Below, piece after piece: positions 36,667 to 48,000 of a stretch of 64,000 nucleotides of DNA (the stretch's first letter is position 1; each line of letters begins with the position of its first letter). Location of the stretch: positions 1,054,001-1,118,000 of the forward strand of contig BCGN01000001.1 of assembly GCA_001599295.1 (NCBI GenBank). Reading direction: 5' to 3'. Made by a program: the position numbers and the translations under genes. The notes below the pieces were generated by a model, which worked only from the letters and a program-made list of their open reading frames with translations, did no database searches and was not told the origin of the DNA. Source of the DNA: Sporopachydermia quercuum. Taxonomy: Eukaryota.

Positions 36667-38007
36667 TTACCATCTCAACATGCTCATGTCATTTCTAATT
36701 CTGGAGTAATCTAAAACACCTTCGATAGAACCGATGGCAGCAATGCCAACATCCTTATCCCATAGAGCATAAGATGACCACTTAGCAATGGAATCAACAC
36801 TAACGGCATCAATCTTCTTCAAAACTTCACCATAAGAGAAGCCACGTCCATTGACAACGGTTTGAGTACCAATGGAGTTCGCAACGCCTTCAGTAGAAGC
36901 CAAAGAAGCCAGATATTTGGTCTTTGAAACAGCCTTAGCTCTGGCAACTTCAACATCAGTCAATGAAACAGTAAGACGATTCCATTGCTTCAAAGTGAAG
37001 TGTGTCATGTCTTCAAGATTAGTAAGGTTAGTAGAGTCCAAAACAATACCCCAGACACCAGTATCACTATAAGATTTGGAGAAAGAAGTGTATTTATCAG
37101 CCAAATGGAAATCGTCGATGATGTGAGATAAGTCAGATGATAACAAAGAAGCATTGAAAGCGGTGTGATCGTAAGAGCCGAATACTTCGGATGCAACTAG
37201 AGCAGTGAAAAAATCAGGAGACTTGGCACTAGGTCCTTCAACAAGGACAGCCAAATAAGCATGAGGAATGTTGTCATCTCTGATACGAACTTCAGATCCA
37301 GTGTAGGCNGGTTTCTCACCAAATGATGGAACAGGTCCAGAAGGTAGAGAACCTAAAGAAGATTCAACTAGCTTAACTAATTCTTCATGGTCAACGGCAC
37401 CGGAACCAGCAACAACAATATTGTCAGGGGTGATGAGTTTCTTGATATGTCTTTCCAAATCTTGGGTTCCAATATCATTTATGTTTTCGACGATACCCTT
37501 AGGAGGTAAGGCTAAAGAAGTACCTTGGAAAGCCACGGAGTGCGCGTATTCAATGGCACTATTGAAGAAATCAGAGTCAGCAGCTTCGATTTCAGCAGTG
37601 GCGTAAGGCTTGATAGCCTCAACAGTTGATTCAGTGAATTTAGGCAATGCGACAGCTTCAGCTAAAAGAGAGAAAGCCTTTGATATATCTCCCTTAAGAG
37701 CAGTAGTGGTGAAACCATTGGCCTCCTTGGTGACAAAAGCGTCGTATTTTGCACCACTGCCTTCAAGCTTTTCAGCGAAGTCAACGGAAGGCTTGAAGAT
37801 AGTGTGGTTTAAGATGGTGGAGACACCACTGTTGTAAGGTGTTTCGAGTCTGGAACCACCCTTTGTGTAAATACCAACGGTAGCAACATCAGAGCTAGCA
37901 GAAGCATCAGTAGAGATGGTGATTCCATTAGCAATGGTTGTGGAGATGGTTTTAGGGATGGTTGAGTAAGCTCTCTTACCGAGTTTAAAAGCGGATTGTC
38001 TAAGCAT
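36667..38007 (-). CDS. COR1: Ubiquinol-cytochrome c reductase core subunit 1
   Basis: M16-family fold lacking the HxxEH zinc motif ('ILNHTIFK'), 'GGSRLETPYNSGVS', 'YTGSEVRIRDD', 'SYSDTGVWG' and terminal 'YSRIRNDMSMLRW'. Confidence 0.93.
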   Translation of the reverse strand: MLRQSAFKLGKRAYSTIPKTISTTIANGITISTDASASSDVATVGIYTKGGSRLETPYNSGVSTILNHTIFKPSVDFAEKLEGSGAKYDAFVTKEANGFTTTALKGDISKAFSLLAEAVALPKFTESTVEAIKPYATAEIEAADSDFFNSAIEYAHSVAFQGTSLALPPKGIVENINDIGTQDLERHIKKLITPDNIVVAGSGAVDHEELVKLVESSLGSLPSGPVPSFGEKXAYTGSEVRIRDDNIPHAYLAVLVEGPSAKSPDFFTALVASEVFGSYDHTAFNASLLSSDLSHIIDDFHLADKYTSFSKSYSDTGVWGIVLDSTNLTNLEDMTHFTLKQWNRLTVSLTDVEVARAKAVSKTKYLASLASTEGVANSIGTQTVVNGRGFSYGEVLKKIDAVSVDSIAKWSSYALWDKDVGIAAIGSIEGVLDYSRIRNDMSMLRW

Positions 38008-38010
38008 TGT

Positions 38011-38587
38011 CTGTGATGGTTTGGTTAGTAATTGATCAACAGTTAATGGTTAATGATAGTGGTAATAGGATGATGGTTGTAATGTGAATGATCTTTTTAT
38101 AAGTTTGTTGATATTTCTATGCATTATCGTTCTAACGGCTCAATCCCCCCGTCGCACGGACATCAGTTCTCAAATAGAATTTTAAGTTGGCTTGATAATC
38201 CATTCTCGTTTCATATTGTCGTTAACTGCTGATGTTCCGTGGGCTTGTCTTTCAGCTATGCAAAGCTTCATGTTTCCACTGATTTTGATCCAATGAAATG
38301 CTGTTAACCCATTATTACTGCCCTTCCTCAACTCCAAAAGCTACATGGCTGTGCTAGGCAAAACATTTTATCCACCTTGAAAATACGGAAGTACCATCAT
38401 TCTTGTATAGCTCCAGACCGCTCACTAACTGATAGACCACTCCATTTCAATACCAAACAAATACAAAAGATCTTTGATCGTCCTTCAAAACAGAAGCATA
38501 TCCTTCACTAAAATACTTTTCTGTCCTGATTATCACATTACATATATCCCTATTCCCTATTCCAACAAGCTATTCTCTTTAGCTTAC
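38011..38587 (-). other. Probable 5'-UTR intron of COR1 (~577 nt)
   Basis: Perfect TACTAAC at 38030-38024 and CAG acceptor at 38013-38011, 3 nt before the ATG. Best donor is GTAAGC at 38587, with an in-frame TAA just upstream, so exon 1 is non-coding. The acceptor is strong; the donor is less certain. Confidence 0.65.
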
Positions 38588-39328
38588 CAATTATAAAGAT
38601 GATCACCAAAAGGTATTTATACAAATGTCAAGACACAATACAGATCTCAACAATATGCAATCAGACAGATTAAAATGCAAAGATCAATCTATAAATAAGC
38701 TGTCTTTAATATAAATCAATATATCAAATTTAACCTAATCGTCAATCTTTGTTCTTCGAAGAATCTCAACTATGGCTAATCGTTCACTAATAGCAAAGTA
38801 AAAATGGATAAGTTTGGGTAAAGCCTCTTCGGTTTTCTATGCATTTTCATTCTTTACTACAACAAACGAGCCACTGACAATTAAGCTGTTTGACACTAAG
38901 TTGTTTGAATAAGGTTTAAAAGTGTGCATTAAATGTGCTTTAGTCTCGTGATATACCCCCATTATTTGGGAGTAAGTAAGTGATGTAAATGCTGGCGAAC
39001 AAGCTATTTCATTGAAATTTATATTAATTTATTGAGTAAGTTGTTTATTAATAAAGATATAATTGTAACCGTTCTAAAATAATCGCCTGAGTGCTGCTTT
39101 TATCAGAATTGAGGAGAACTACGAGACCTGAGGCCGATCTAAGATTTGGAAGAGCATAGTTCTTTTGCATATAAATACAGTAGTTTATAGACATAATTTA
39201 TGCATCCGATATTAACATGGTCTTTACATGTTAATATCTTATTTTTTAGCCAATAAAACTTGAGGGAAATTCATAATCAGGCAATGAAACTAATTTCTCA
39301 CATCTTGTTTTGAGACAAGAAACAACAC

Positions 39329-39376
39329 CCAATCATTTTTTATCTATTATATCAAAGTCATATGATATATCACGTG
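39329..39376. promoter_or_regulatory. CCAATCA (Hap2/3/5-type) and ATCACGTG (Cbf1-type) sites in the divergent COR1 / SDH4-TIM18 promoter
   Basis: CCAATCA 39329-39335 and ATCACGTG 39369-39376 between two divergent mitochondrial inner-membrane genes. Confidence 0.45.
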
Positions 39377-39896
39377 CTATTTGCCATTTGATCTCAAATT
39401 GGGGGGTAAAAAGGAAATTGTTGATTGTTTTGTGATCTTTTCCGAAATTTGGAAGCAAAAGTATCGTTGTCGAAGAGAATAAAACAGCATAAAACAATTA
39501 GGAGCATGTTGCCGTAGTCAGCATTTGAATCTAATATAATTTAGTTATTGAGAAAGTACACACTCTAATGGTACTATAGTCAAATGAAGTCAGATACTGT
39601 TTTCAATCCTTTCATTGTATCGTTCAACAGAAAATGGACATATCTTCTCCGTAATTTCTACCTCATCTTTTCCGACAAAATATCCTTTGAAAATTTATTT
39701 GACAATAAAAAAAAATACAATATGCATAACTGTGCAATTCACTTGATAGATCAAGAAACTGTTTTGAAAGATCACGCAATACTTTCGTTTTGTTCAGATC
39801 TCGAATTATCTTGGGATACTCAACTTGCATTTAACTAGTACCTCCTTTGGAAGGGTGTATTGTTAATCAGCTCATTCAATTTATATACATCTCACA

Positions 39897-40445
39897 ATGT
39901 TCACCCGATCAGTATTAAGACTTTCCTCATGGAAGGCAACTCAATTCAATACAACATCTAATATCACAAAAAGTCTCCTACAGTTTCACACCAGCTGTCA
40001 AACAAGAATATCACTCAAACTTAAATTGCCAAAATTCAAATTACAAGATCTGAAACCGGTAGAACAACCACCAGGATATGTTGTGGGAACAGTTAATGAT
40101 TCATATACAGCGCCCGCGCCTGATTACTATCATGGGTCCTATCATTGGTGGTATGAAAAAATGGCAACAGTTTCATTAATTCCTTTAACTATTTTGCCAT
40201 TTGCAGCTGGTGTACCGACCCCCTTACTTGATAGTTTATTATCGGTTTTATTACTTATTCACAGCCGAGCAGGTTTTCAAAGTTGTATCATTGATTATAT
40301 ACCTAAAAGAGTGTATCCATTCTGGCATAAAGCTGCATTGGTGGCTCTAAATCTTGGGTCATGGCTTAGTTTGTATGGTGTATTTTGTTTAGAAACTCAA
40401 GATGATGGACTCGTTAGTTTGATTATGGATATATATAGTGCATAA
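39897..40445 (+). CDS. CybS-family mitochondrial inner-membrane protein (Sdh4/Tim18/Shh4)
   Basis: Presequence, 'QPPGYVVGTVND', 'HGSYHWWYEK', 'LIHSRAGFQSCIIDYIPKRVY', 'LETQDDG'. The paralog cannot be resolved from sequence alone. Confidence 0.9.
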   Translation: MFTRSVLRLSSWKATQFNTTSNITKSLLQFHTSCQTRISLKLKLPKFKLQDLKPVEQPPGYVVGTVNDSYTAPAPDYYHGSYHWWYEKMATVSLIPLTILPFAAGVPTPLLDSLLSVLLLIHSRAGFQSCIIDYIPKRVYPFWHKAALVALNLGSWLSLYGVFCLETQDDGLVSLIMDIYSA

Positions 40446-40719
40446 GAGGCAAATAATTGCCGGTGAGGTATAGTGTGGTGTTCCGGGGTTGTATTATTGT
40501 TTGTTGATGATTATCACATTGTACATACGAATCTAATATCTTCAGCATGATACTTTGAATCTATATTTTCTCCTAAAATTAGGATTACCTTAATTTTTCA
40601 TATTACAAAGTTACATTCTTCCCCAACGACAACTGAAGCAGAAGATTTGGCGTTGTAAACTTACAATCTTTATATTCATGAGTTTGAACTCCTCGTCAAG
40701 ATAATCCGGCTTCTTCTCT

Positions 40720-41586
40720 TCAGCGACTAGCTTCACAGTAGTAAATCTTCGGCATTGTTGTTGTAGATCTATATTTTTTGTTTCGATCACTATTTCGTCT
40801 TCTAGAATCATCTTCATTATCATAGTCTTTTCCTCTACTTCTTTTAGCAGTGTATCTATCACCTTTGGTTATCCTATCGGTCGCATTTCTTTCCCTGTTT
40901 TGATCACTAAATGAGGCTTTCCTTTTCTTACCTTCGCCAGTTGAAGAGCTTTCAATGGATGTTGTCGCTATTGATGGATATGCTACAGCTTCAACTAACT
41001 GGAGATCACCTGAGTCTTGTTTCTCAACTTTCCATCGTTTTAGATTCTTGAATCCTTCTAGCTTAGCTTCGCTTTCCTTCTCAAACTCAATAAAATCTTC
41101 AGCTTTAGTTTCCGGTAAATATTGAACTTGGATGAGTAGTCTGTCTGTCTCACTCTCGGGATATCTTGTACCTTTTAATGATGATTTAATCTTCTCTGCC
41201 TCTTCCTCAGATGATAAAATAGCAAAAGCGTGTGTTCGCAGTCTATCAACGAAAAACTCTACAAAAGCTTCTTCAGGAACGCCACTTATGCCGGAAATAT
41301 GTGTCTTGAAGTGCCTCACTACCAAAGGTCTGGTCAATTGTGAGATGTATAATGAACGCGAAGTTCCTGATATTAATGATGACTGCTCATCATCGCTTGC
41401 GCTTTTACTTGTCTTCTCATTTTCTACTATCGTTGTATTACGGTCAGTGCTTTCTGTTTCATTCTGTGAGTTTCCCTCTTCGCTCTTGCTTCTATCAATA
41501 ATCGATTTTTCAGTCTCAGGTTCTGGCGCTACGAGCACCTCTACTTTAGTCTGAGAGGTATTTTGACTGACTTCTTTGGAACTCAT
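40720..41586 (-). CDS. Acinus-like RRM protein with C-terminal RSB (RNPS1-SAP18-binding)-like motif
   Basis: RRM 'SLYISQLTRPLV..FK.HI...FFVDRLRTHAF...EEAEKIKSSLKGTRYP....L.VQY' resembles the Acinus RRM, followed by an RD/RS-rich tract and terminal 'YRSTTTMPKIYY' (cf. RSB 'FRKTKAxPxIYW'). Confidence 0.7.
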   Translation of the reverse strand: MSSKEVSQNTSQTKVEVLVAPEPETEKSIIDRSKSEEGNSQNETESTDRNTTIVENEKTSKSASDDEQSSLISGTSRSLYISQLTRPLVVRHFKTHISGISGVPEEAFVEFFVDRLRTHAFAILSSEEEAEKIKSSLKGTRYPESETDRLLIQVQYLPETKAEDFIEFEKESEAKLEGFKNLKRWKVEKQDSGDLQLVEAVAYPSIATTSIESSSTGEGKKRKASFSDQNRERNATDRITKGDRYTAKRSRGKDYDNEDDSRRRNSDRNKKYRSTTTMPKIYYCEASR

Positions 41587-42332
41587 TTTGGGACAATCAA
41601 TATTTCTTTTCGTTAAACCGTAACAATACGCAAGAAGTCAAGTTTCCAGACGGTCAGTTGATTCAATAAATTACCAAAACATTTAACATTTTTTGGTATT
41701 TAAGGGTAGAAATAGAAAAATAGAATTCAACCATAGTGGTGTCAGTCGGTATTACTATATTTCCGTAATGTAATTATGATGATTGATTGTTTTCTCATTA
41801 TGTTCGAAAAAAGGTGGAATCATTTCGGAGATGATAACTGATATAGTTTCCGAAGGGGATAAGCAAGATAAAATGGAGAGAATCTGTGATGAGGCAAGAA
41901 GCAAGATGATGGTTAGTATGCTTTATAAGAGTAAAAGGTATGGTGCACGATAGTTATTTTACAGCTGATTTAGAGCATAATTGTNAACCTCCGAATAACA
42001 ATAGTTTCATGTTGATTGTAGTGGATGATATTGGAAAAACCTACACATTACATGAAAGCCATTGCTACTTTTTCATGCAAGATGTGCAATTCATGCTCAT
42101 ACCTGCATTAGTTAGTGTTAGAAAATCGTGCACTTGATCCGGTGATAACAGCAAAAGAGTTAACTATAATATACAATTCTATACTATGCGCCAGATTCCA
42201 TAAACTGATTAATATAATTGTACCAGTACAACAGGTGTTGATGCTACCCTATCTAATTCATCTCAGTATCAAAATCGCTTGTAGAACAGTTAACCATCTG
42301 CCATCTAATTCATATCCTCTCTAGTGATCCCT

Positions 42333-43898
42333 CTAAATAGAAAACAAAATAATAACTATAAATGCCAATCCTAGTGAATGAAAGAAAAATTCAATAATAC
42401 CCTTTTTTGAAATGAGATAGCTAGAAGAAGTTGGATTAATGCCGAATAACCTTTGCAAAAAGCCATTCTTCCGTCTTCTAACTACAGGTCCAAACCCTGA
42501 TGTTCTGAACNGCGATGAATCCTCAGGATGAAGTAGATATTCAATGTTATATTCTCCATCGAAATCTTGTGAGTTATGTCTTGTTTTCTTAGCTAAATAA
42601 GCACTTTGATCAGAAACTGAAGTATTGCTTTGAGAGAACGTGTCTTGGGGTTCTTTCACTGAAAGATAAACAGCACTCGACCTTCTCCGTTCCGAAGAAC
42701 GGAATTTATTCTCCACTTGCCGTTTGACAGATGGAACAAAATCATATAGCACCAATGAAAACCATGAGAGTATTGCCAGTCCAATGTAAATCGCAATAGG
42801 TATATAAGGATGAGGCATGTAACAAGTCATTCTCTCGTACAAGGGCTGGTCCACGGCCGTTGCATTCTCATTCAACCATAACAATTCTATAGCAGGATAT
42901 TTAATGCCCATAGCCATTGATATAGATTTGACATTTATTTCTAGTGTAGAATGTTTGTTTCCGTCAATTTCATATTCTAATTCCGTTGAACAATAATCAT
43001 GATCATCCCCAGCAAATGAAAGCGTAGGACGTACCTTCTCTAGTATCTCATTAGACAATGTATACTCGAGCATAGTTTGATATTGGTAACCCTTAGTACG
43101 AGGAAACTCCGCTGATTCTCTTGCAGATCCACATTCATCTAACTTGTCTTTCCAGAAGGCAACATGATGGAACATTATTCTTGGCACATTAGGTGAATAG
43201 CTCTCTGTTAGTTCTTCCAATTGCTTTCTAGGACTAGAGTAGACTTCTGAGTTATTAGTATTTGATAAAGAAATTGTATCTAAAAAGACTAGTTCGTATG
43301 CACCCAACTTCAGAGCATGTTCAGCATAGCCGAAGTTGCTTTTATATCTATTTAAAGAATCTAAACGAACTGTATCTCCCCAGCCTATATCATGGTTCCC
43401 GGGTAGAGTTAAAAAGCCCTTGGCTTTATTTATCATCTCTTTAGTATATTCGTCAGTGTTGGTTTCAATTTTCTTTGTTATAGTTTTTGGAGTGAAAATG
43501 TTGTAAAACCTCTCATATTGAGTGTACCAGTATTCCTCTGAGCCTGGTTCTCTACCATTGTCTAATAAATCGCCGACTATGACAGTTAAATCGGGAGACA
43601 AGTAATGATCTATACGTTGCCAATTCCGACTGATATATCTATCAACTATTAGTTGGGATAGTTTGAGTAAAGGTGCTGGTCTTCCAGGATATGTGTGATT
43701 ATCTATTAGTTGTGGATCACCAATGACTGCTATATGGTACGAGTTATCTCGAGGAGTCCATTGGGCCCAGTCGCATTTCCTGATGCCATAATAAGGAACT
43801 ACTTTATCAAAAACCCCAACTGTTATTATCCAGCATAATGCTAGTGGAATTATTGGTATGGAGTACCGAAACAGCTTCTGGATCGTATATATTACCAT
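42333..43898 (-). CDS. CDC1: ER metallophosphoesterase Cdc1 (GPI remodelling)
   Basis: 'IGDPQLIDNHTYPGR', 'VGDLLDNGR', 'PGNHDIGWG', 'GYQYQT', 'AGDDHDYC', 'VKSISMAMGIKYPA'; N- and C-terminal TM segments. Confidence 0.92.
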   Translation of the reverse strand: MVIYTIQKLFRYSIPIIPLALCWIITVGVFDKVVPYYGIRKCDWAQWTPRDNSYHIAVIGDPQLIDNHTYPGRPAPLLKLSQLIVDRYISRNWQRIDHYLSPDLTVIVGDLLDNGREPGSEEYWYTQYERFYNIFTPKTITKKIETNTDEYTKEMINKAKGFLTLPGNHDIGWGDTVRLDSLNRYKSNFGYAEHALKLGAYELVFLDTISLSNTNNSEVYSSPRKQLEELTESYSPNVPRIMFHHVAFWKDKLDECGSARESAEFPRTKGYQYQTMLEYTLSNEILEKVRPTLSFAGDDHDYCSTELEYEIDGNKHSTLEINVKSISMAMGIKYPAIELLWLNENATAVDQPLYERMTCYMPHPYIPIAIYIGLAILSWFSLVLYDFVPSVKRQVENKFRSSERRRSSAVYLSVKEPQDTFSQSNTSVSDQSAYLAKKTRHNSQDFDGEYNIEYLLHPEDSSXFRTSGFGPVVRRRKNGFLQRLFGINPTSSSYLISKKGIIEFFFHSLGLAFIVIILFSI

Positions 43899-45016
43899 TG
43901 TATGTGTATGACGTTCATAAGTGGGTTCGAGTTATATCTTCATCTCGTTCTAGCAACGTATGGGAGTTAGAGTTACTTCTATGGATAATGAATTCGAACA
44001 GGTATAAGTTTTTTTTGTGCACTTTTATTGAAGTCGCAGCTGAAAATCAAATACCTAATTGATGTCACTTATACTGATGTTTGATGTTAACTCAATTATA
44101 TTAGCCCAATCCGCTGACCTAATTGAGCTGTTGATTTGGATTTTAAACTGTGACTTCGAGTATATCTAAGATAGCTCAACAAAACCTACCAAGCATTTGG
44201 TGTTTTGAAGGTGGAATATTGGTTATTCTGTAAGATTATTTCATAGATCCTACTTAACTAACTAGAAAAATCGTAACTACATATAGTAGATGGCAGTAAT
44301 ACTTTATTGATGGGATGGGATGAGGGCGTAACATTTTAGTGTCCGTAATTGTCCGGGTCCTGCAGGGTCCTAAATCCCAATCCTTGAACCATTCAGATAA
44401 GGACATGCAGACCTATAATGATTGTGTGTAAAATTCCGTATTTCAAAGAAGTTTCCAGTGGAGGAATGACTGTTATTTCAAGCTAGGAGTTATTGGAAAA
44501 GATAATAAAGTGAATAACAATTACCATTGTTGTCAGGATGGGATACGAGTCTTCGAATCGATTAACATCAAGGTTTTTGATGGCGTCCATTTGTAGTTGC
44601 ACAGACTGGAGTGATCCTTTTGTCTCCTGTTTACGACGTCCCATATCAGGGCATAATGTCTCTCTCAATTCTCTGTATTCTTGCTGTTGTATTCTCTGTA
44701 TGACTATTACTATTCTCTATTGAGACCAAAAGTATTATTATCGCCATAGGGACAAACTGTATATCAACGATCTGCTCAGTAAAAATCTTGTTATTGTTAA
44801 ATGATTNAATATAAATACACATATAATGGCCAATTAGTACTCGATTTTACAGTCATGTATTATTGTTATTATCATCTAATCATAAGTCATTACATTACTA
44901 TCCTTTCTGCAGTGAAACGCATGTCAGTAGGCTACATAGATAATAGAGAAAACCAAACGATTAACGACGTAAGAACCCTTAAGTACGTACCAGTTGTACT
45001 GAATTAGAGGATCAAG

Positions 45017-48000
45017 TTAGAAGATCAAGTTGCCTATTGATAAAGGATGAGATTTTTCATTTCTCTCCTTTGGAGCAGGAGGTACTGCTTCTTTCCTTGT
45101 AAGAAATTGATTCTCATCAGTAGTGAAATGCATTGTCCAGGGTCTTTTCGTATTATCTCTCTTCTTTTGCTTTTTACGAGGCACTGATTCGGATTTTCTT
45201 TTCTTTGGACTAGATTTCTTGTTTGCATCTTGCTTCAATTTACCCTTAGAAGCTTGGTTCGCTTTCCTTCCGGTGGTATTACCAGACGGGGATTCTGGCC
45301 GTTGCTTATTGAGATTATGATCAAATGGAATAACAGATGGTGAGCTGAAAAATGCATTGGAATCAAATCTCATTGGCCCTAGAGGTGGAAGTCCACCTGG
45401 AGGACAAGGTAATCTTTCTTGGAATCTCTCTGGAATTCTTTCTGGTAGTCTTTCTGGAAACCTTTCTTGTATACTCGAATTTTGCATCATAGGATAGTAT
45501 CCTGGAGTCTGTTGTTGAAATTGCGGTTGTGGCTGTGTTTGTGGTTGCGGCTGCTGTTGAGTCAAAGGTGATAATTGGGGAACTAGAGCTTCTGCTTGGA
45601 CTTTTACTTGAGATTCTGTTGAAGCATTTTCTTTCGCTNTTCCTTTCGTCTTTCCCGACAATTTTTGTGACTGTGGTGTTAGTAACGAGGTCTGTTGTGG
45701 AGGTTGTGAAAATGATTCCATTGAAGATTGCGGAGGTTGTAGTATTTGCTGCAGTGGTTGCTGTTGTAACTGCATTGGTGATCCTTGTTGTGCTTGATAT
45801 ACATAATTCATTCTGCTTCCAGTCGGGGGATTCATAAGAGGATTATTATATACTTTCACAAGAATTGGTCCTTCTCGGGCTGGAGGATAAACAGGTTCAA
45901 TGTATACATTGTTATAGCTTTGGTTTGGTGACAATTGAGCATTTGAACGATCTTCAGCATCTCTCAGGACTCTATCAGGCCCAGCACCTCTTGGTAGTGT
46001 TGGTCCTGCTGTAGCTTCAAAAGGCACTAGTTGCCTTCGAGTAAAAGTTATTGGTGAAACTGGTGAATAACCTGGCTGCGTGTTGCGAACGGTATCTCCT
46101 GTTTGATCCTGTTTGTTGACATGTGACTCCTGTCCTTTAACCTTGTCCTTACTTCGACGCTTATACGTTCTCTTCGATAATTTCTCACTTAGAACGCCAG
46201 TATCGTTCCCACTTTGTCCCGGCATAGATTTCAGCTTCGGTGGTCTTCCTACTTTACGTCCTTTACCTTTGGGTAGTTTCTTGGTGTCTGGTTCCTCTGG
46301 CTGTCTCTCCGTCTCTATTGGCAACAGCTGATTTTGAACTGAAGCGCTAGTAGGTTGATTTTCTGCGGTAGACCTCCATATTTGAGGTTGTTGAAAAACT
46401 GGAGTTCCATTAGCATCTAATGGTAAAGAGTGGCCTATGTATAGAGGCCTTTCAATGACATTGCTAGGCAAATTTGGAGGAGCCCTTGGAATTGCATTAG
46501 GGTTCTGTTGGACCATATGATGAGTAGGAACACCTCTAGAGACTAGAGACGAAAATGGCTGAGCAGTGAATTGAGACTGTGTCGAAGTGTTCAATGGAGG
46601 TAAATTTGGCGGTAGGCCTAATGAGGGATTGGGAGTCTGAGGTTGTTGTAATTCGTGAGGAGGAAACCGTAGTGGTTGGAATGGGCCCAGTGAGGTACGT
46701 CGATAATGTTCTTGAGGTTCCTGACTGTCTGTGGATAGTACAGGTGCAGGTCCAGCTTGAGGGCTTGGAAGGGTCACTGGAGAAGGACTCATAGCTCCAC
46801 TGATGTTCAAATGAGGAGACGGTCCGTGAGAAACAGGATTTCTGTTGAATGCTGGAGAAGGAGAAGAGACATTGATGAGATCTGAAATAGCAAGTGAAGA
46901 TCTTCTGTTATCTGGTACTCTAGAGAGCGGTTTACCGTTGGAAGAAGAGAACATGGAAGTAGTACTTGCCGTAGAAGCTAAGACATTATTAGACTTTGTG
47001 ATACTAGGGACTGGCTGAGAAACAATTTCAGCACTCTTCAGAGTAGCTCTAGCAGAATTATCATTATCAACATTCGATTCTGAAGCCTTCTTTCTTCCTC
47101 TTCGCTTCTTTGGAAGCAAAACTGAATCAGTTTGCTTTTCTCCTCTTCCTTTTGTTCTCTCAGGTTTCTCAACACGAGACAACAAGACTTCAATTTGCTT
47201 TAATTCAATAGCTTTTGACTCATTGCTCGCATTACCTTGCATTTCGATATCAACAACATTTGGCTCTTTTGTTCCTGCTGTACGTGAAGCATTTATAGGT
47301 CTTCCTACAACATTTTCTAGCTTTTCGGTTGCTACAGCCTTTACGGCTTCTAGAGCATTGGCTGGATTAGATTCTCTTGACATCGACGACTTATTTTGAG
47401 GTGCTTGCGTGTCCTCATTTGTATTTCTTACCTTGATAGCTTGTTCTTTTTTGTTTTCTGAAGTTCTCCTTTTAGTGTCTTTAACTTTTCCCTTCTGTAT
47501 TAATTCACGTTGGTGTTTTCGTTCAATATCTCTTTTTTCTTGATCCAATATCCGTTTCTTTTCAAGCTCATCTCTCCTGTGTTCTTGTTCCTTACGCTTC
47601 TTTTCAGCGTCGAGTCTCTGTTGTTCTTCCGCAAGTTCCTGTTCTCTAATTGCTTTGAGCCTTTTCACATCATCAAGTCTTCTTCTGCCACGACGACTAG
47701 ATGGTTGTATGATTTCCTCAGCAGGCATTTCAATGGGGTGTTTCCGTTTTCTTCCTCTTCGTGGCTTCTCATCAAAAGTTGTGGTTATTGTAGGTTTAGC
47801 CTTTTTATTGTAAGATCGTTTGCCAGTTGATTTGTTAGGAAGTGAGGATGATGAAGATGACGAAGCTATTGAGGGAGATGCANCTGATGATGAAGAAGAC
47901 TGAATAGAAGATGTACCATAACCAAATTTAGAAGAAGTCAAGATTGATGGTGAAGACAACGAGTTAAGCACATTATGGTTATTGCTGTGGCCGGTGTTGT

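Noticed and set aside
43924..43932. GGTTCGAGT resembling a tRNA B-box
   Set aside because: No cloverleaf, acceptor stem or A-box around it; no tRNA gene was recognised in the window.
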